A stretch of 61,861 bases of DNA from a virus (IMGVR_UViG_3300042472_000345:1-61861), one strand, 5' to 3'; shown: positions 1-10,245, counted from the first letter of the stretch. Numbers and translations: made by a program. The notes: generated from the sequence alone by a model not told the origin.

Positions 1-36
1 GGATGTTTATAATACATATATATAAGAAACAATGGG

Positions 37-372
37 TTAGTACCCCATTGCTTCTTCAAAGGTTGAAACAGTTTGAACAACAGCTTCTTCGATAGTTAAG
101 TCTGCAACATTAACCACGATTTCATTACTACGATCTCTTTGGATAATCCAACGACCTGCTTCATTAAGCTCAATGTTTAAGTTCATCAGTCCATCTTTAG
201 GACGTCTTCCTGAACGTAACTCTTGGGTAACAGTTGTTGAGCAGAATGCTTCTTTAACAACTTCACCTTTGTCATTTCTAAGTTTAACCATAATTCTTTT
301 CTCACCCATAAGGTTTTGATCTAAGAATACTAATGAACCTTTTTTACCTGTAATGTCAATTACTTTTGCCAT
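37..372 (-). CDS. hypothetical protein, divergent from the structural arm
   Basis: 111-aa ORF with ATG start and A-rich leader on the minus strand; the only credible minus-strand gene. Confidence 0.7.
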   Translation of the reverse strand: MAKVIDITGKKGSLVFLDQNLMGEKRIMVKLRNDKGEVVKEAFCSTTVTQELRSGRRPKDGLMNLNIELNEAGRWIIQRDRSNEIVVNVADLTIEEAVVQTVSTFEEAMGY

Positions 373-583
373 AACGTTTTGATTTTGATTTGTGCGTGTT
401 TTGTCAAATGGGGACTACCCCAACCACGCAAATTATAGGTGGGGTTTTTGTTGGGATGGGTCTACTCCAGCACATACACGATGGGTATCAAAATTTTGGG
501 AAAAAAGTTTTTTTTTCTTTTACAGCGTTTTTATAACGAAAAAAGTTTTTACCTTTGGTGGGTGGGTGGGGTGTATATAATAT

Positions 584-616
584 TTTGTTGTGTATAAAGA
601 TTTTTGTATATCTTTG
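584..616 (+). promoter_or_regulatory. Bacteroidota sigma70-type promoter (-33 TTTG / -7 TAnnTTTG)
   Basis: TTTG 584-587, 21-nt spacer, TATCTTTG 609-616, just upstream of the first plus-strand gene. Confidence 0.7.
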
Positions 617-639
617 TTCTTAATAAACCAAATAATATA

Positions 640-993
640 ATGATAGTTCAGAAGTTAAAAAGAAATGTACAGGATGATATAGCTCTTGCTGAGAAGTATT
701 ATTCTATTCTTTCAGATGTTAATTCTTTAAATTTAACTACGAGAGAAATACAGTTGATTGCTTTTACAGCTGTGAGAGGTAATATTACGAATGCCAATGT
801 AAGGGAAGAATTTTGTACAAAGCACAATACAACAAACCCTACGATTAACAACATAATTAGTAAGTTGAAAAAGGTTGGAGTGTTTGTTAAGGAGAAGAAC
901 ATGGTGAAGGTTAATCCTGTTATAGTGTTAGATTTTAATAAGGATGTATTCCTTGCAATAACATTGAAGCATGATGACAAACAAACCTCCTAG
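640..993 (+). CDS. putative winged-helix/HTH DNA-binding protein
   Basis: ORF 604..993, likely ATG at 640; LTTREIQL...TINNIISKLKKVGVF...VKVNP resembles a winged HTH. Confidence 0.55.
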   Translation: MIVQKLKRNVQDDIALAEKYYSILSDVNSLNLTTREIQLIAFTAVRGNITNANVREEFCTKHNTTNPTINNIISKLKKVGVFVKEKNMVKVNPVIVLDFNKDVFLAITLKHDDKQTS

Positions 994-1363
994 TATGTCT
1001 ATTAAGGAATTTCTTGTTAAGAAGATTGCTATTAATAAGGTGTGTGACAAGATGGTTTCTGAGAAGACGATTGATACAATTATTTCACATCAATTTGATT
1101 CTGCCAATGCAGCTACAGCTACAAACAATTCAATTGAGATTTCTGGATTTGGAAAGTTTGTGTTTAATGAGAAACGTGGAGTTAAACAAATGCAGAAATA
1201 CACAGAGCAGGTTAGCTATTATTCTAAGATGTTATCTTCAGAGCTAACAGATGTAGAAAGAAGAAACGCAGAAATGAGACTAGAGTCTGTTAATAATAAT
1301 GTCAAAGCTTTAAAACCAAAACTAAATGAGCCTAGCACAAATAATCGAGGGATGGAAGAATAA
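971..1363 (+). CDS. HU/IHF-like DNA-binding protein
   Basis: IEISGFGKF motif typical of the HU/IHF fold; IHF-like genes are common in crAss-like structural modules. Confidence 0.6.
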   Translation: MMTNKPPSMSIKEFLVKKIAINKVCDKMVSEKTIDTIISHQFDSANAATATNNSIEISGFGKFVFNEKRGVKQMQKYTEQVSYYSKMLSSELTDVERRNAEMRLESVNNNVKALKPKLNEPSTNNRGMEE

Positions 1364-1580
1364 TCTTCTTCCTTCAGAAAAAGAAAAAGAATTGATTCAA
1401 CAGGTGAGTGATTCAAGGATGATAGTGTGTAACAATTGTGAGCACATTTCTACAAAACACAAATCTGTTAGACCAGATGTACATTGTACAGATTGTGGAT
1501 GTACATTAGCAGCAAAAACAAAATGTCTCTCTTGTGAATGTCCTTTAAAGAAATGGACAGCCATAGAAAAAAATACATAA
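1326..1580 (+). CDS. small Cys-rich zinc-binding protein
   Basis: CNNC...CTDCGC...KTKCLSCECPLKKW. Confidence 0.65.
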   Translation: MSLAQIIEGWKNNLLPSEKEKELIQQVSDSRMIVCNNCEHISTKHKSVRPDVHCTDCGCTLAAKTKCLSCECPLKKWTAIEKNT

Positions 1581-1583
1581 GCC

Positions 1584-1835
1584 ATGGAAGCAAACAAAGA
1601 TTTTAAAGTTACAAAGATTCCTCTAGAGATGTTCATTAATCTCCTTGTTATATTATATGAGGAAGGAGCAAACTTTATTGATCTTTCTGCACAGGTTGAT
1701 GAAGAAGAAAAACAGGACACAATTAAAATAGCTGTTCAAGAAGATTATTATGATGCTGAAGATGATGATGACGAGGAAGATTCTCCAAGAGCAAAAATTA
1801 AACTGTCAGACGATGACATTAACAATTTAATATAA
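1584..1835 (+). CDS. acidic hypothetical protein
   Basis: 83-aa ORF tightly packed in the operon, D/E-rich. Confidence 0.65.
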   Translation: MEANKDFKVTKIPLEMFINLLVILYEEGANFIDLSAQVDEEEKQDTIKIAVQEDYYDAEDDDDEEDSPRAKIKLSDDDINNLI

Positions 1836-2092
1836 TGGCTGCTAGTTTTTATAACCAGAGTTTAAAAGCTTTATCAAAGCTTGATAAACTTTTTCCTTTA
1901 CAGTCATTAGGGAAACACATTGCTACAGCGATGGATGGGCATTGCATAGAGAACCTTTCTAATAAGGAGTTCTACAATATATTAAATGATTACATTATAG
2001 AGCTTGAATCAGGAGTTCCATATTGCGAAGATTTGGAACAGATAATACAAGAGGGCCTCGATTTAAACCATATTCTTGACGAGGAGGAATAA
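1835..2092 (+). CDS. hypothetical protein
   Basis: TAATG stop/start coupling with the previous ORF. Confidence 0.65.
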   Translation: MAASFYNQSLKALSKLDKLFPLQSLGKHIATAMDGHCIENLSNKEFYNILNDYIIELESGVPYCEDLEQIIQEGLDLNHILDEEE

Positions 2093-2105
2093 CAAAAACT
2101 AAATT

Positions 2106-2441
2106 ATGGCAGCGTTAAAGAAAACTACATACATTAATACAGAGCTTGATTGGGCAGAGCAACAACTCTCAAGTTGGAAACAATACGTTGATGCAAATCC
2201 TATGCACACATTAGAGGATAGAATCAAGTGGAAAGAAACCAAAGCTGGTGGAGCAATGCCAATGGTTATTGCGAGCATTGAGAGCCAAGGAAAATTTATT
2301 CAGGAGACAATGAAAAATTACTTAGCTTTGCTCGAAGTTGTAGACAAGCTACGTGAGAAAGAAGAGGCCAAGAAAGTGGAGACACGAGGTGGTCAAGAAC
2401 TTGGCTCTATGGCTGAAGACTTCTTAAAAGGAAGACGATAA
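2106..2441 (+). CDS. hypothetical protein, possible terminase small subunit
   Basis: Helical 111-aa ORF abutting terL; the function is positional inference only. Confidence 0.45.
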   Translation: MAALKKTTYINTELDWAEQQLSSWKQYVDANPMHTLEDRIKWKETKAGGAMPMVIASIESQGKFIQETMKNYLALLEVVDKLREKEEAKKVETRGGQELGSMAEDFLKGRR

Positions 2442-4463
2442 ATGAAACTACATAGTATAGATTATAAGGATTGGTTCATCAATCAGAAACGTATTCCAGA
2501 TAAAACGTCTGATGAATACAAAGCATTCTTCAACTTCCACAAGGAGTTAAGTATGAATGGCTGTATGATGGATGGACAGTACATCAATCCCTTTCTATAT
2601 TGGCATCTAAACATCTGGCACACAGAGGTGGATATTATAGATGAATATGGACGTATTAATCAGAAATATGCTAACCCTCTTCTTAGAGATAATGAGTGGT
2701 TAGTTACAAATGAAATTGACAGAGCACATAAAGAAAAGAAAGGTTTAGTTATACTAGGTATTAGACGTTTTGCTAAGTCTGTTATTGAGGCAAGTTACAT
2801 AGGACAAGGTGCTACGTTTGATGAGAACTCACAGAACATTATTGCAGGACTAAATGCTCCTGATATCAAGCTTATTACAGATAAGATTGACAAGGGATTA
2901 AACTTCTTACCAGAAGCATGGAGATGGCAGAGGGTAGAAGACAATTGGAAGAACCAAGTGACACTTGGAATTAAAACTAGAGCAGGAGAAAGAATCCCAT
3001 TTTCTCAGATCCTTATTCGTAACTTAGATGGTGGTAATAATGAGGAAGCTATTGCAGGTACAAAACCTCGTAGACTAATCATTGACGAGATAGGTAAAGG
3101 AAGTTTCTTACGAGGACTTCAAGCTGCTACACCTGGATTTACAACACCATTTGGTTGGGGTTGTAGTCCTATTTTGACAGGTACAGGTGGGGACATGAAG
3201 ATGTTTATGGATGCGAAGAGCTTAATGTTTGACGTAGACAATTTTAATTTTCTTACGTATAATAATGCAAAAGATGATAAGCGTGTACATGGACTTTTCA
3301 TCTCACACAAATACAGAATGGAAGCCAAAGAGGAAAGCTCTCTTGGTGCATTCTTAGAAAAACCAGAAGGATCTTCTTTACATGAAGTGAAGATGATGGT
3401 GTCTAATGAAGAGTTAGCCACAAAGATTACAAATGACAATCTCGAGAAGCTTAAAAAAGCAGGAGATAGAATTGCTTATTTAAAGGAGAAGATGTATTAT
3501 CCACAAGAGGTAGATGATATATTCCTGAACGAAGACACAAACATCTTTGACATTGAATCAGCTAAACGTCAAAAAACCAGACTATTAAATCAAGAAAGAA
3601 CAGGAACTCCTGTTGTATTATATGATGATGGACAAGGTGTAAAACATGAGTTTTCAGATAGACTACCAATTACAAATTTTCCATTAAAGAATTCAGATCA
3701 GAAAGATGCTCCTGTAGTTATATATGAGTTTCCTGTAGACACTCCCCCATATGGACTTTATGTTGCAGGGATTGACCCCTACAGACAAGGTAAGTCTGCA
3801 TATTCTACATCGTTAGGATCTGTGTACATATATAAACGTATGCATGCCATAGCTGGAGAGAAATACCAGGATATGTTTGTAGCTAGTTATTGTGCACGTC
3901 CTGACAAAAAAGAAACATGGGAAGAACAGGCACGACTATTGATTAAGTATTATAATGCTAGAGCTCTATGTGAGAATGATGAGATTTCCTTTATAGATTA
4001 TATGATTTCCAAAGGAGATGCGCATTATTTAGAACGTCAACCAGACTGGTTAAAAGAAATAGTTCCCAATACAACAGTTAGACGTGACTATGGTATACAT
4101 AGATCTGCTGAGAAAATACGAGACTTCCTACATGGATGTCTTAAGAAATATACAGAAGAGGCAATACACGTAGAGAAAGATGATGATGGAAATATTATCT
4201 CTGAAACAAAAGGTATGTCAAAGATATTTGATCCTGTGCTCCTTGAAGAAATGATACAGTATAATGAGGATGGTAACTTTGATAGAATCATTGCTGCAGA
4301 ATTAGCTGTGGCATTAGCCATGAAGTTAGATCCTATCATGGGAAGAACTGGTGGGAAAGAAGATGGAAGAATTACATCACTATATAAAACAAAGAAGAAA
4401 AACTCTTTGTTTGCAGAATCTAGTGGAATGTTTAATAATAAAAAACGTAAATTGTTTACATAA
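2442..4463 (+). CDS. terL: terminase large subunit
   Basis: Walker A-like RRFAKS, Walker B LIIDEIG, TGTGG coupling motif, RNase H-like nuclease AGIDPY and C-terminal NFDR; followed by portal. Confidence 0.92.
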   Translation: MKLHSIDYKDWFINQKRIPDKTSDEYKAFFNFHKELSMNGCMMDGQYINPFLYWHLNIWHTEVDIIDEYGRINQKYANPLLRDNEWLVTNEIDRAHKEKKGLVILGIRRFAKSVIEASYIGQGATFDENSQNIIAGLNAPDIKLITDKIDKGLNFLPEAWRWQRVEDNWKNQVTLGIKTRAGERIPFSQILIRNLDGGNNEEAIAGTKPRRLIIDEIGKGSFLRGLQAATPGFTTPFGWGCSPILTGTGGDMKMFMDAKSLMFDVDNFNFLTYNNAKDDKRVHGLFISHKYRMEAKEESSLGAFLEKPEGSSLHEVKMMVSNEELATKITNDNLEKLKKAGDRIAYLKEKMYYPQEVDDIFLNEDTNIFDIESAKRQKTRLLNQERTGTPVVLYDDGQGVKHEFSDRLPITNFPLKNSDQKDAPVVIYEFPVDTPPYGLYVAGIDPYRQGKSAYSTSLGSVYIYKRMHAIAGEKYQDMFVASYCARPDKKETWEEQARLLIKYYNARALCENDEISFIDYMISKGDAHYLERQPDWLKEIVPNTTVRRDYGIHRSAEKIRDFLHGCLKKYTEEAIHVEKDDDGNIISETKGMSKIFDPVLLEEMIQYNEDGNFDRIIAAELAVALAMKLDPIMGRTGGKEDGRITSLYKTKKKNSLFAESSGMFNNKKRKLFT

Positions 4464-7048
4464 TGGCAATAATTAGATATACCAAAGATGCTACAATACG
4501 CTATGCGTATTTAAACATCTTTCCAGATCAGTTCAAAACTGAAAAAGAAAAGCAAGATGAAAGTTGGATTAAAAATACAATGGACTATTTTGCTAACAAA
4601 GCATATGCTGAATATGTGAAGAACAGGGACACCTTTGTAAAGAACTATGATCTTATGAAAGGTATTCTGAGAATGGAAGACTTCTATCAAGAACCACATG
4701 TGAAAAGTTTTACAGACATGTTAGAAGCTGATCTTCAACTTCCTGCATATGTAAAACACTATTCTATTGTCACCACTCCTGTAAATGAATTGGTTGGAGA
4801 AATAAGCAAACGTCCTGATACTTACAGAGTTAAGGCATTTGATGATGACAGCCAAGCTGAAGAATTACAATTCAAAACAGATATTCTTCAAGAGTACATA
4901 ATAAATAAAGTTAAAAAAGGAATTTACGAAAAGGCTGCAATGCAAGGTCAAGAAATTTCTGATGAAGAAGTTCAACAAATGACAATGGAAGAAGTTAAAG
5001 ACTCGTTAGATTCTTATACATCTGTTGCAGAAAAATGGGCTAATCATATTCTTACATGTCAAAAAGCAGAGTTTAATTTAAAAGAAAAATCAGAAGATGC
5101 ATTTAGAGATCTTCTAATATCAGCAAGAGAATTTTATCACATATATGAAGACAACTCAAAACTTGGTTTCAACATCGAAGTTGCTAACCCAAAGAACACT
5201 TGGTTTCTCACTACTCCTGATAGAAAGTGGATTTCTGATCCCACAGGCAGAGCTCAGGGTGCTTATGCTGCTGGCACAGTACAGGTTATGGAGCTATCAG
5301 AGATCATTGAAGCTATACCAGATCTTACGAAAGAGGAAATTGACCACTTACGCTCGTCACTACAAGACTATGGACTTATCAACGTTAGAGAGTCTAATCT
5401 TGGGAATCCTAATGCTCCTGAAGGTATCGATTCTGTAGTTTACGATACATATGATCCTCTTGTGTTACAAACAAGAATGATGATTGAGTCTGAGATGAAA
5501 GAGAACAATGATGGACTTAAAGACTTTTTAGGGCTAACGTCAAACGTTAGTAGTTTTGGTTATAAGTATGTTGTTGTACGTAGTTATTGGATTTCTAAAA
5601 AGAAAATAGGTAAGCTTATTTATGTTGATGATATGGGTAATGAGCAATCAATGCTTGTAGATGAAAGTTATAAGTCTGGATCCATGCCTACACAACAATC
5701 ATTAGAATGGGGATGGATTAATCAATGGTATCAAGGAACTAAGATTGGTCCAGACATCTATCACATTAAACCATTTAAGTTAATAAATTATTGTCCTATT
5801 ATAGGAACAACATATGAGGTGAAGAATACAGAGGCAAGATCTCTTGTAGATCTTATGAAACCTTTTCAAGTTATATACAATGTATGTATGAACCAATTAT
5901 ACAAACTTCTTGAGAAAGAAGTTGGTAAGGTTCAACTTATGTCATTACGTCACATTCCTATTCCTAAAGATGGAGATGCACAAGATGCTCTTGACATATG
6001 GGAAATGGAAGCACGTAACAGAGGGGTTGTATTTATTGATGACTCTCCAGAGAACTTAAAAGCTCCTAGTTCATTCAACCAATTTACAGCTCTCGACCTT
6101 ACACGTACGCAGGAGATACAATCTCGTTACACTCTTGCACAACAAATGAAAGTGGAATGCTGGGAACTTATTGGTATGTCTAAACAACGTATGGGATCTG
6201 TTGCAGCATCTGAAACTGCTACAGGTACAAACACTGCAATACAACAAAGTTATTCTCAAACAGAACCTTTATTTATTGCACACGAATATGTAATGGGACA
6301 ACTCTATCAAGCAATCATTGATGCTGCATTATATGTAGAGAGTTCTAAACCTCAGTCTACGCTTTCATATATTACATCTGAGGGAGAATCTGCGTTTATA
6401 CAAGTGAATGGTACAGATTTAAAATTCAGAGACTTAAAAGTGTTCCCAACGAATCGTCCTGAAGATACACAAATGTTTAATGAACTTAGACAATTGGCAC
6501 AACCTTTGATGCAGAATGGTGGTTCATTATATGATGTTATTGAATTGTACAGCACTAAGTCTATGAGAGAGATGAAGAAAACCTTCAAAGATCTTAGAGA
6601 TCAACAAATGGCTCAACAACAACAAGCACAACAACTTGAGCAACAAAAACTTGAACAACAACAGCAGCAATCTCAAGCTACACTACAACAAGCTGCTCAA
6701 TTACAACAAGAAAAACAAGCTAATGACGACTATCAAAAAGAACTTGATAGATTATCTAGAGAGAAAATTGCTATCATTCAAGCTACAGGATTTGGTAAAG
6801 TAGAAAGTGAAGACACTAATCAGAATACAATTCCTGATGTATTAGAGATGAGTAAACTTACACAAGAACAAGATAAAGCTGGTAAAGAATATGCTAGCAC
6901 AATGGCTGACATTCAATTGAAAAATAAACAAGCCTCTGATAAAATGTCTATAGAAAGAGAAAAGTTACAAGTGGCTAGAGAGAATATGGCAAACGATCTT
7001 GCTGTTGCAAAAGAGAATGCAAAGGGCAGAAATAACAAAAAAAAGTAA
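4463..7048 (+). CDS. portal protein
   Basis: 861 aa directly after terL; SLVDLMKPFQ..YN and ETATG segments, long Q-rich C-terminal coiled coil as in podophage portals. Confidence 0.88.
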   Translation: MAIIRYTKDATIRYAYLNIFPDQFKTEKEKQDESWIKNTMDYFANKAYAEYVKNRDTFVKNYDLMKGILRMEDFYQEPHVKSFTDMLEADLQLPAYVKHYSIVTTPVNELVGEISKRPDTYRVKAFDDDSQAEELQFKTDILQEYIINKVKKGIYEKAAMQGQEISDEEVQQMTMEEVKDSLDSYTSVAEKWANHILTCQKAEFNLKEKSEDAFRDLLISAREFYHIYEDNSKLGFNIEVANPKNTWFLTTPDRKWISDPTGRAQGAYAAGTVQVMELSEIIEAIPDLTKEEIDHLRSSLQDYGLINVRESNLGNPNAPEGIDSVVYDTYDPLVLQTRMMIESEMKENNDGLKDFLGLTSNVSSFGYKYVVVRSYWISKKKIGKLIYVDDMGNEQSMLVDESYKSGSMPTQQSLEWGWINQWYQGTKIGPDIYHIKPFKLINYCPIIGTTYEVKNTEARSLVDLMKPFQVIYNVCMNQLYKLLEKEVGKVQLMSLRHIPIPKDGDAQDALDIWEMEARNRGVVFIDDSPENLKAPSSFNQFTALDLTRTQEIQSRYTLAQQMKVECWELIGMSKQRMGSVAASETATGTNTAIQQSYSQTEPLFIAHEYVMGQLYQAIIDAALYVESSKPQSTLSYITSEGESAFIQVNGTDLKFRDLKVFPTNRPEDTQMFNELRQLAQPLMQNGGSLYDVIELYSTKSMREMKKTFKDLRDQQMAQQQQAQQLEQQKLEQQQQQSQATLQQAAQLQQEKQANDDYQKELDRLSREKIAIIQATGFGKVESEDTNQNTIPDVLEMSKLTQEQDKAGKEYASTMADIQLKNKQASDKMSIEREKLQVARENMANDLAVAKENAKGRNNKKK

Positions 7049-7118
7049 TAAACCTTAAAGAGGATTAGACATTAATGCTATATTACGACAAAAATTATAG
7101 CATATTGGCAACTAATCC

Positions 7119-7149
7119 TTTGAAATTAAATATTGTTAAATTAGTTTTA
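7119..7149 (+). promoter_or_regulatory. candidate Bacteroidota-type promoter for the capsid operon
   Basis: TTTG 7119-7122, 19-nt spacer, TAGTTTTA 7142-7149 (one mismatch to TAnnTTTG). Confidence 0.45.
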
Positions 7150-7186
7150 CACGTAATATAAACCAAATATTAAACACAACTACATT

Positions 7187-8455
7187 ATGGCTGATAATAC
7201 AGACAACCTGTCTATGGGTAATTTTAGTATCCAAGATACTATGGAGATGGGTATGGGAAATCAGGAATTACTAAATGATTTGTTTTCTCCTGAAACTTCT
7301 ACTTCCAACCCTGAAGATGTCACACCAATCATTAAAGACGCTGAACCTGCTACACCTCCTGCTAAACCAGCAGTACCAAAAGGTAAAGAGATATCACCAG
7401 TTGATGATGATGCTGATGATAAAGAAAAAGGACAATCTCTTATTTCAAACTTCTTAGGTGACAACACTGATGAAGAAGATGAAGATGACGATACACCACC
7501 TGCACCTGTTGCAAAAAATGCACCAACTGATACATCTGATGAAGAAGATGAGGATCCACAAGGTACTCAATTCTCTGCACTAGCAAATGACTTATTCAAG
7601 TTAGGAGTTTTTAATAAAGATGAAGATGACGAAGAAGAACCTATTACAACACCAGAACAATTCTTAGAAAGATTTGAAACTGAAAAGAAAAAAGGAGCTA
7701 CTGAAATGGTTCAAAATTTCATTTCACAATTTGGAGAAGATTATCAAGAAGCTTTTGATGCCATATTTGTAAAAGGAGTTAATCCTAAAGAATACTTTGG
7801 TACATATAACCAGGTGGTTAATTTTGCTGAGATGGATCTCTCAGAAGAATCAAACCAAATAAGAATAATGAAACAAGCATTGGCTGATCAAGGATTTGAC
7901 GCTGATGACATTGATTCAGAAGTTGAAAGACTTCAAAATTATGGTGATCTTGAGAGCGTAGCAACAAAGCATCATAAAGTATTGGTTAAAAAAGAAGCAC
8001 AGAAGTTGGGACAAATGGAAGCTAAGGCTGAACAAGAGTTAAAACAAAAAGCTCAAATTAGAAATCAATATATACAAAATGTTCAAGGTATCCTTGGAGA
8101 AAAATTAAAATCAAAAGAGTTTGATGGTATTCCATTAAACCCAAAATTAGCAACAGAACTACAAGACTTCTTATTAGTTGATAAATGGAAGACAGCATCT
8201 GGAGAAACACTTTCAGATTTTGACAGAACCATTTTAGATCTTAAAAGACCTGAGAATCATGCCATGAAAGTTAAAGTTGGTTTGCTTCTTAAAATCTTAG
8301 AAAAAGATCCAACATTATCAACTATACAAAGAACAGGTGTTAGTAAAAAATCTAACGAGTTGTTTGGAGAAGTTGCAAGACAGGTGACAAAAACAAAAAC
8401 GTCAACTGGTAGTGGTTCAAAAACTAATCCTAATTCGTGGTTCACTAACCTATAA
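7187..8455 (+). CDS. probable capsid scaffolding/assembly protein
   Basis: Acidic low-complexity N-terminus, helical C-terminal half, located between portal and major capsid protein. Confidence 0.6.
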   Translation: MADNTDNLSMGNFSIQDTMEMGMGNQELLNDLFSPETSTSNPEDVTPIIKDAEPATPPAKPAVPKGKEISPVDDDADDKEKGQSLISNFLGDNTDEEDEDDDTPPAPVAKNAPTDTSDEEDEDPQGTQFSALANDLFKLGVFNKDEDDEEEPITTPEQFLERFETEKKKGATEMVQNFISQFGEDYQEAFDAIFVKGVNPKEYFGTYNQVVNFAEMDLSEESNQIRIMKQALADQGFDADDIDSEVERLQNYGDLESVATKHHKVLVKKEAQKLGQMEAKAEQELKQKAQIRNQYIQNVQGILGEKLKSKEFDGIPLNPKLATELQDFLLVDKWKTASGETLSDFDRTILDLKRPENHAMKVKVGLLLKILEKDPTLSTIQRTGVSKKSNELFGEVARQVTKTKTSTGSGSKTNPNSWFTNL

Positions 8456-8490
8456 TAAAGTAATTTAATAACAACAAAAAGTATAACAAA

Positions 8491-10044
8491 ATGAGTATTC
8501 AAACTATCCCAGGGTTAACTGGTTTTACTTACGCTAGAGTAGCCTCTATGGACAAGCGTGCTGTAGGTAAACTTACAGACTCTAACCACTTGGAGTCTTT
8601 TCACTCCACTGAACCAGCTGACTATGATAAAAAAATCATCAGCTTGTACACTCAGAGTTCATTGTACAGCAATGACTTCTTAGACATGATCAACAAAAGC
8701 ACACCTTATTACATTGATAATAATAGTGATGCTTGGAAATGGCAAATTGCTGTTCCTTACAAGTTCCCAAAAATCATTGATATTCCTACTTCTACAGTAG
8801 AGAATAACAAACCAGGGATTGATGGACAAGAATTTACTTTAGTATTAGATACTAATGAGTTCTCTAAAAACGCTATCGTTTCTGTAGGTTCACGTCAGTA
8901 TGGTCCTCGTTTCTATGTAATCAAAGATCCTATTCCATGGAACATGGGTTACTTGTACAGTTTCAACTTAGTAACTGACAATCCAACAATTGATTTTGTA
9001 AACTCTACTTTCTTACAAGTTGGTGTTGAGTTAGAATTGGTTGATGCTGCTATTGGTGAGTTTGACCAAGACTTATTAGGATTGCCTCGTTTAGGTGAGC
9101 AAATCACAATGTTCGAATCTTTAGGTTCTGCATATGGATATGAGCACAAAATCACTGAATGGGCTGATGATAAAATGATGGTTGATGCTTCTGGTAAGCC
9201 TCTTGATATTTTAGTATATGCTCCACAAAGACGTAACCAATTACCTTTAACTCGTAATGATGTTAAATGGGAGCCATTTGTTGAGTTCTGGATGCGTAAA
9301 TCTATGTTGGAATTAAAAGTTAAACGTATGATCTGGGCTAAACCAGGTACAGTTAAATCTGGTGGTTCACAACAAAACTTGAAACGTACATCTGCAGGTG
9401 TTTACCACAGAATGCGTAACAATGGTAACTTAGTACAATATAACAGAGGTGAATTCTCTGCTAACTTGATTCGTTCAGTATTTGGAGATTTATTCTACAG
9501 ACGTGTGGACGTTAAAGATAGACGAGTTAAAATGTACACTAACGAAGCTGGATTCGACGTATTCCAACAAGCTTTGAAAACTGATGCATTAAACTCAGGA
9601 TTAACTTTCATGGCTGACTCTGGAAACAGATACATGCAAGGAGAAGGACAACACATCACTTACAACTTTGCATTTGATGCAATGGTAACTCGTGAGACTG
9701 GTCGTGTTGAATTGATTCACTTGAAAGAATTAGATTTACCACAATCTAACTTAGAGTTTGGACAAAACAAAAAGAGCACTCCAGTATTTATGGTGTTTGA
9801 TGTTTCTCCAATGTCTGATGGTTCAATGGTAAACAACATTCGTGAGGTACGTATGAAAGGTGCGCCTTCTATGACTTGGGGTTATATTGATGGAACTCGT
9901 CACCACTTAGGTTTTGCTAAATCTCAAGGTATGAGCTCTGCTAACAAATTCCCAGGATACGAAATCTGGATGAAAGATCGTTGCGATGTATTCATCGAAG
10001 ACTTATCAAGAACTGTGTTGATCGAAGAAATCCCACAATTCTAA
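8491..10044 (+). CDS. major capsid protein (crAss-like)
   Basis: 517 aa, position after portal and scaffold, codon usage suggesting high expression (TTC, AAC, ATC, CGT), size typical of Crassvirales MCP. Confidence 0.88.
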   Translation: MSIQTIPGLTGFTYARVASMDKRAVGKLTDSNHLESFHSTEPADYDKKIISLYTQSSLYSNDFLDMINKSTPYYIDNNSDAWKWQIAVPYKFPKIIDIPTSTVENNKPGIDGQEFTLVLDTNEFSKNAIVSVGSRQYGPRFYVIKDPIPWNMGYLYSFNLVTDNPTIDFVNSTFLQVGVELELVDAAIGEFDQDLLGLPRLGEQITMFESLGSAYGYEHKITEWADDKMMVDASGKPLDILVYAPQRRNQLPLTRNDVKWEPFVEFWMRKSMLELKVKRMIWAKPGTVKSGGSQQNLKRTSAGVYHRMRNNGNLVQYNRGEFSANLIRSVFGDLFYRRVDVKDRRVKMYTNEAGFDVFQQALKTDALNSGLTFMADSGNRYMQGEGQHITYNFAFDAMVTRETGRVELIHLKELDLPQSNLEFGQNKKSTPVFMVFDVSPMSDGSMVNNIREVRMKGAPSMTWGYIDGTRHHLGFAKSQGMSSANKFPGYEIWMKDRCDVFIEDLSRTVLIEEIPQF

Positions 10045-10057
10045 TAAAAATAACAGT

Positions 10058-10212
10058 ACTTACTACGCTACCCATTCAGAACAGCGTCCCAGAGTAAGTC
10101 GTAAATCGAAAAGAATTCCCCCCTATCCCCCACTCTCTCCCACCTTGGGGGGAAAACTTTTCAAACAGAATGATGGACTTATGTCGCATTATCCTTCGAT
10201 GGGTACATTCTG
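10058..10212 (+). ncRNA. candidate structured RNA element (three stem-loop domains)
   Basis: Stems ACTTACT/AGTAAGT plus ACGCT/AGCGT; GAAAAG..TTCCCCCC/GGGGGGAA..CTTTTC; CAGAATG/CATTCTG junction containing TATCC-TTCGAT-GGGTA. Confidence 0.55.
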
Positions 10213-10245
10213 CAAAGTATAAACCAATTTTAATTAAACTACATT

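Noticed and set aside
392-580. 62-aa plus-strand ORF
   Set aside because: GTG start, crosses hairpins and a T homopolymer, implausible composition; more likely regulatory DNA
6600-6720. CAA-rich repeat in the portal gene
   Set aside because: Encodes the Gln-rich C-terminal coiled coil common in podophage portals
2442-10044. Introns or inteins in terL, portal or capsid genes
   Set aside because: ORFs are continuous and of ordinary size; no homing endonuclease or intein motifs recognised
10166-10212. tRNA gene
   Set aside because: Has a T-loop-like hairpin but is too short and lacks anticodon and D arms; kept only as a structured RNA candidate
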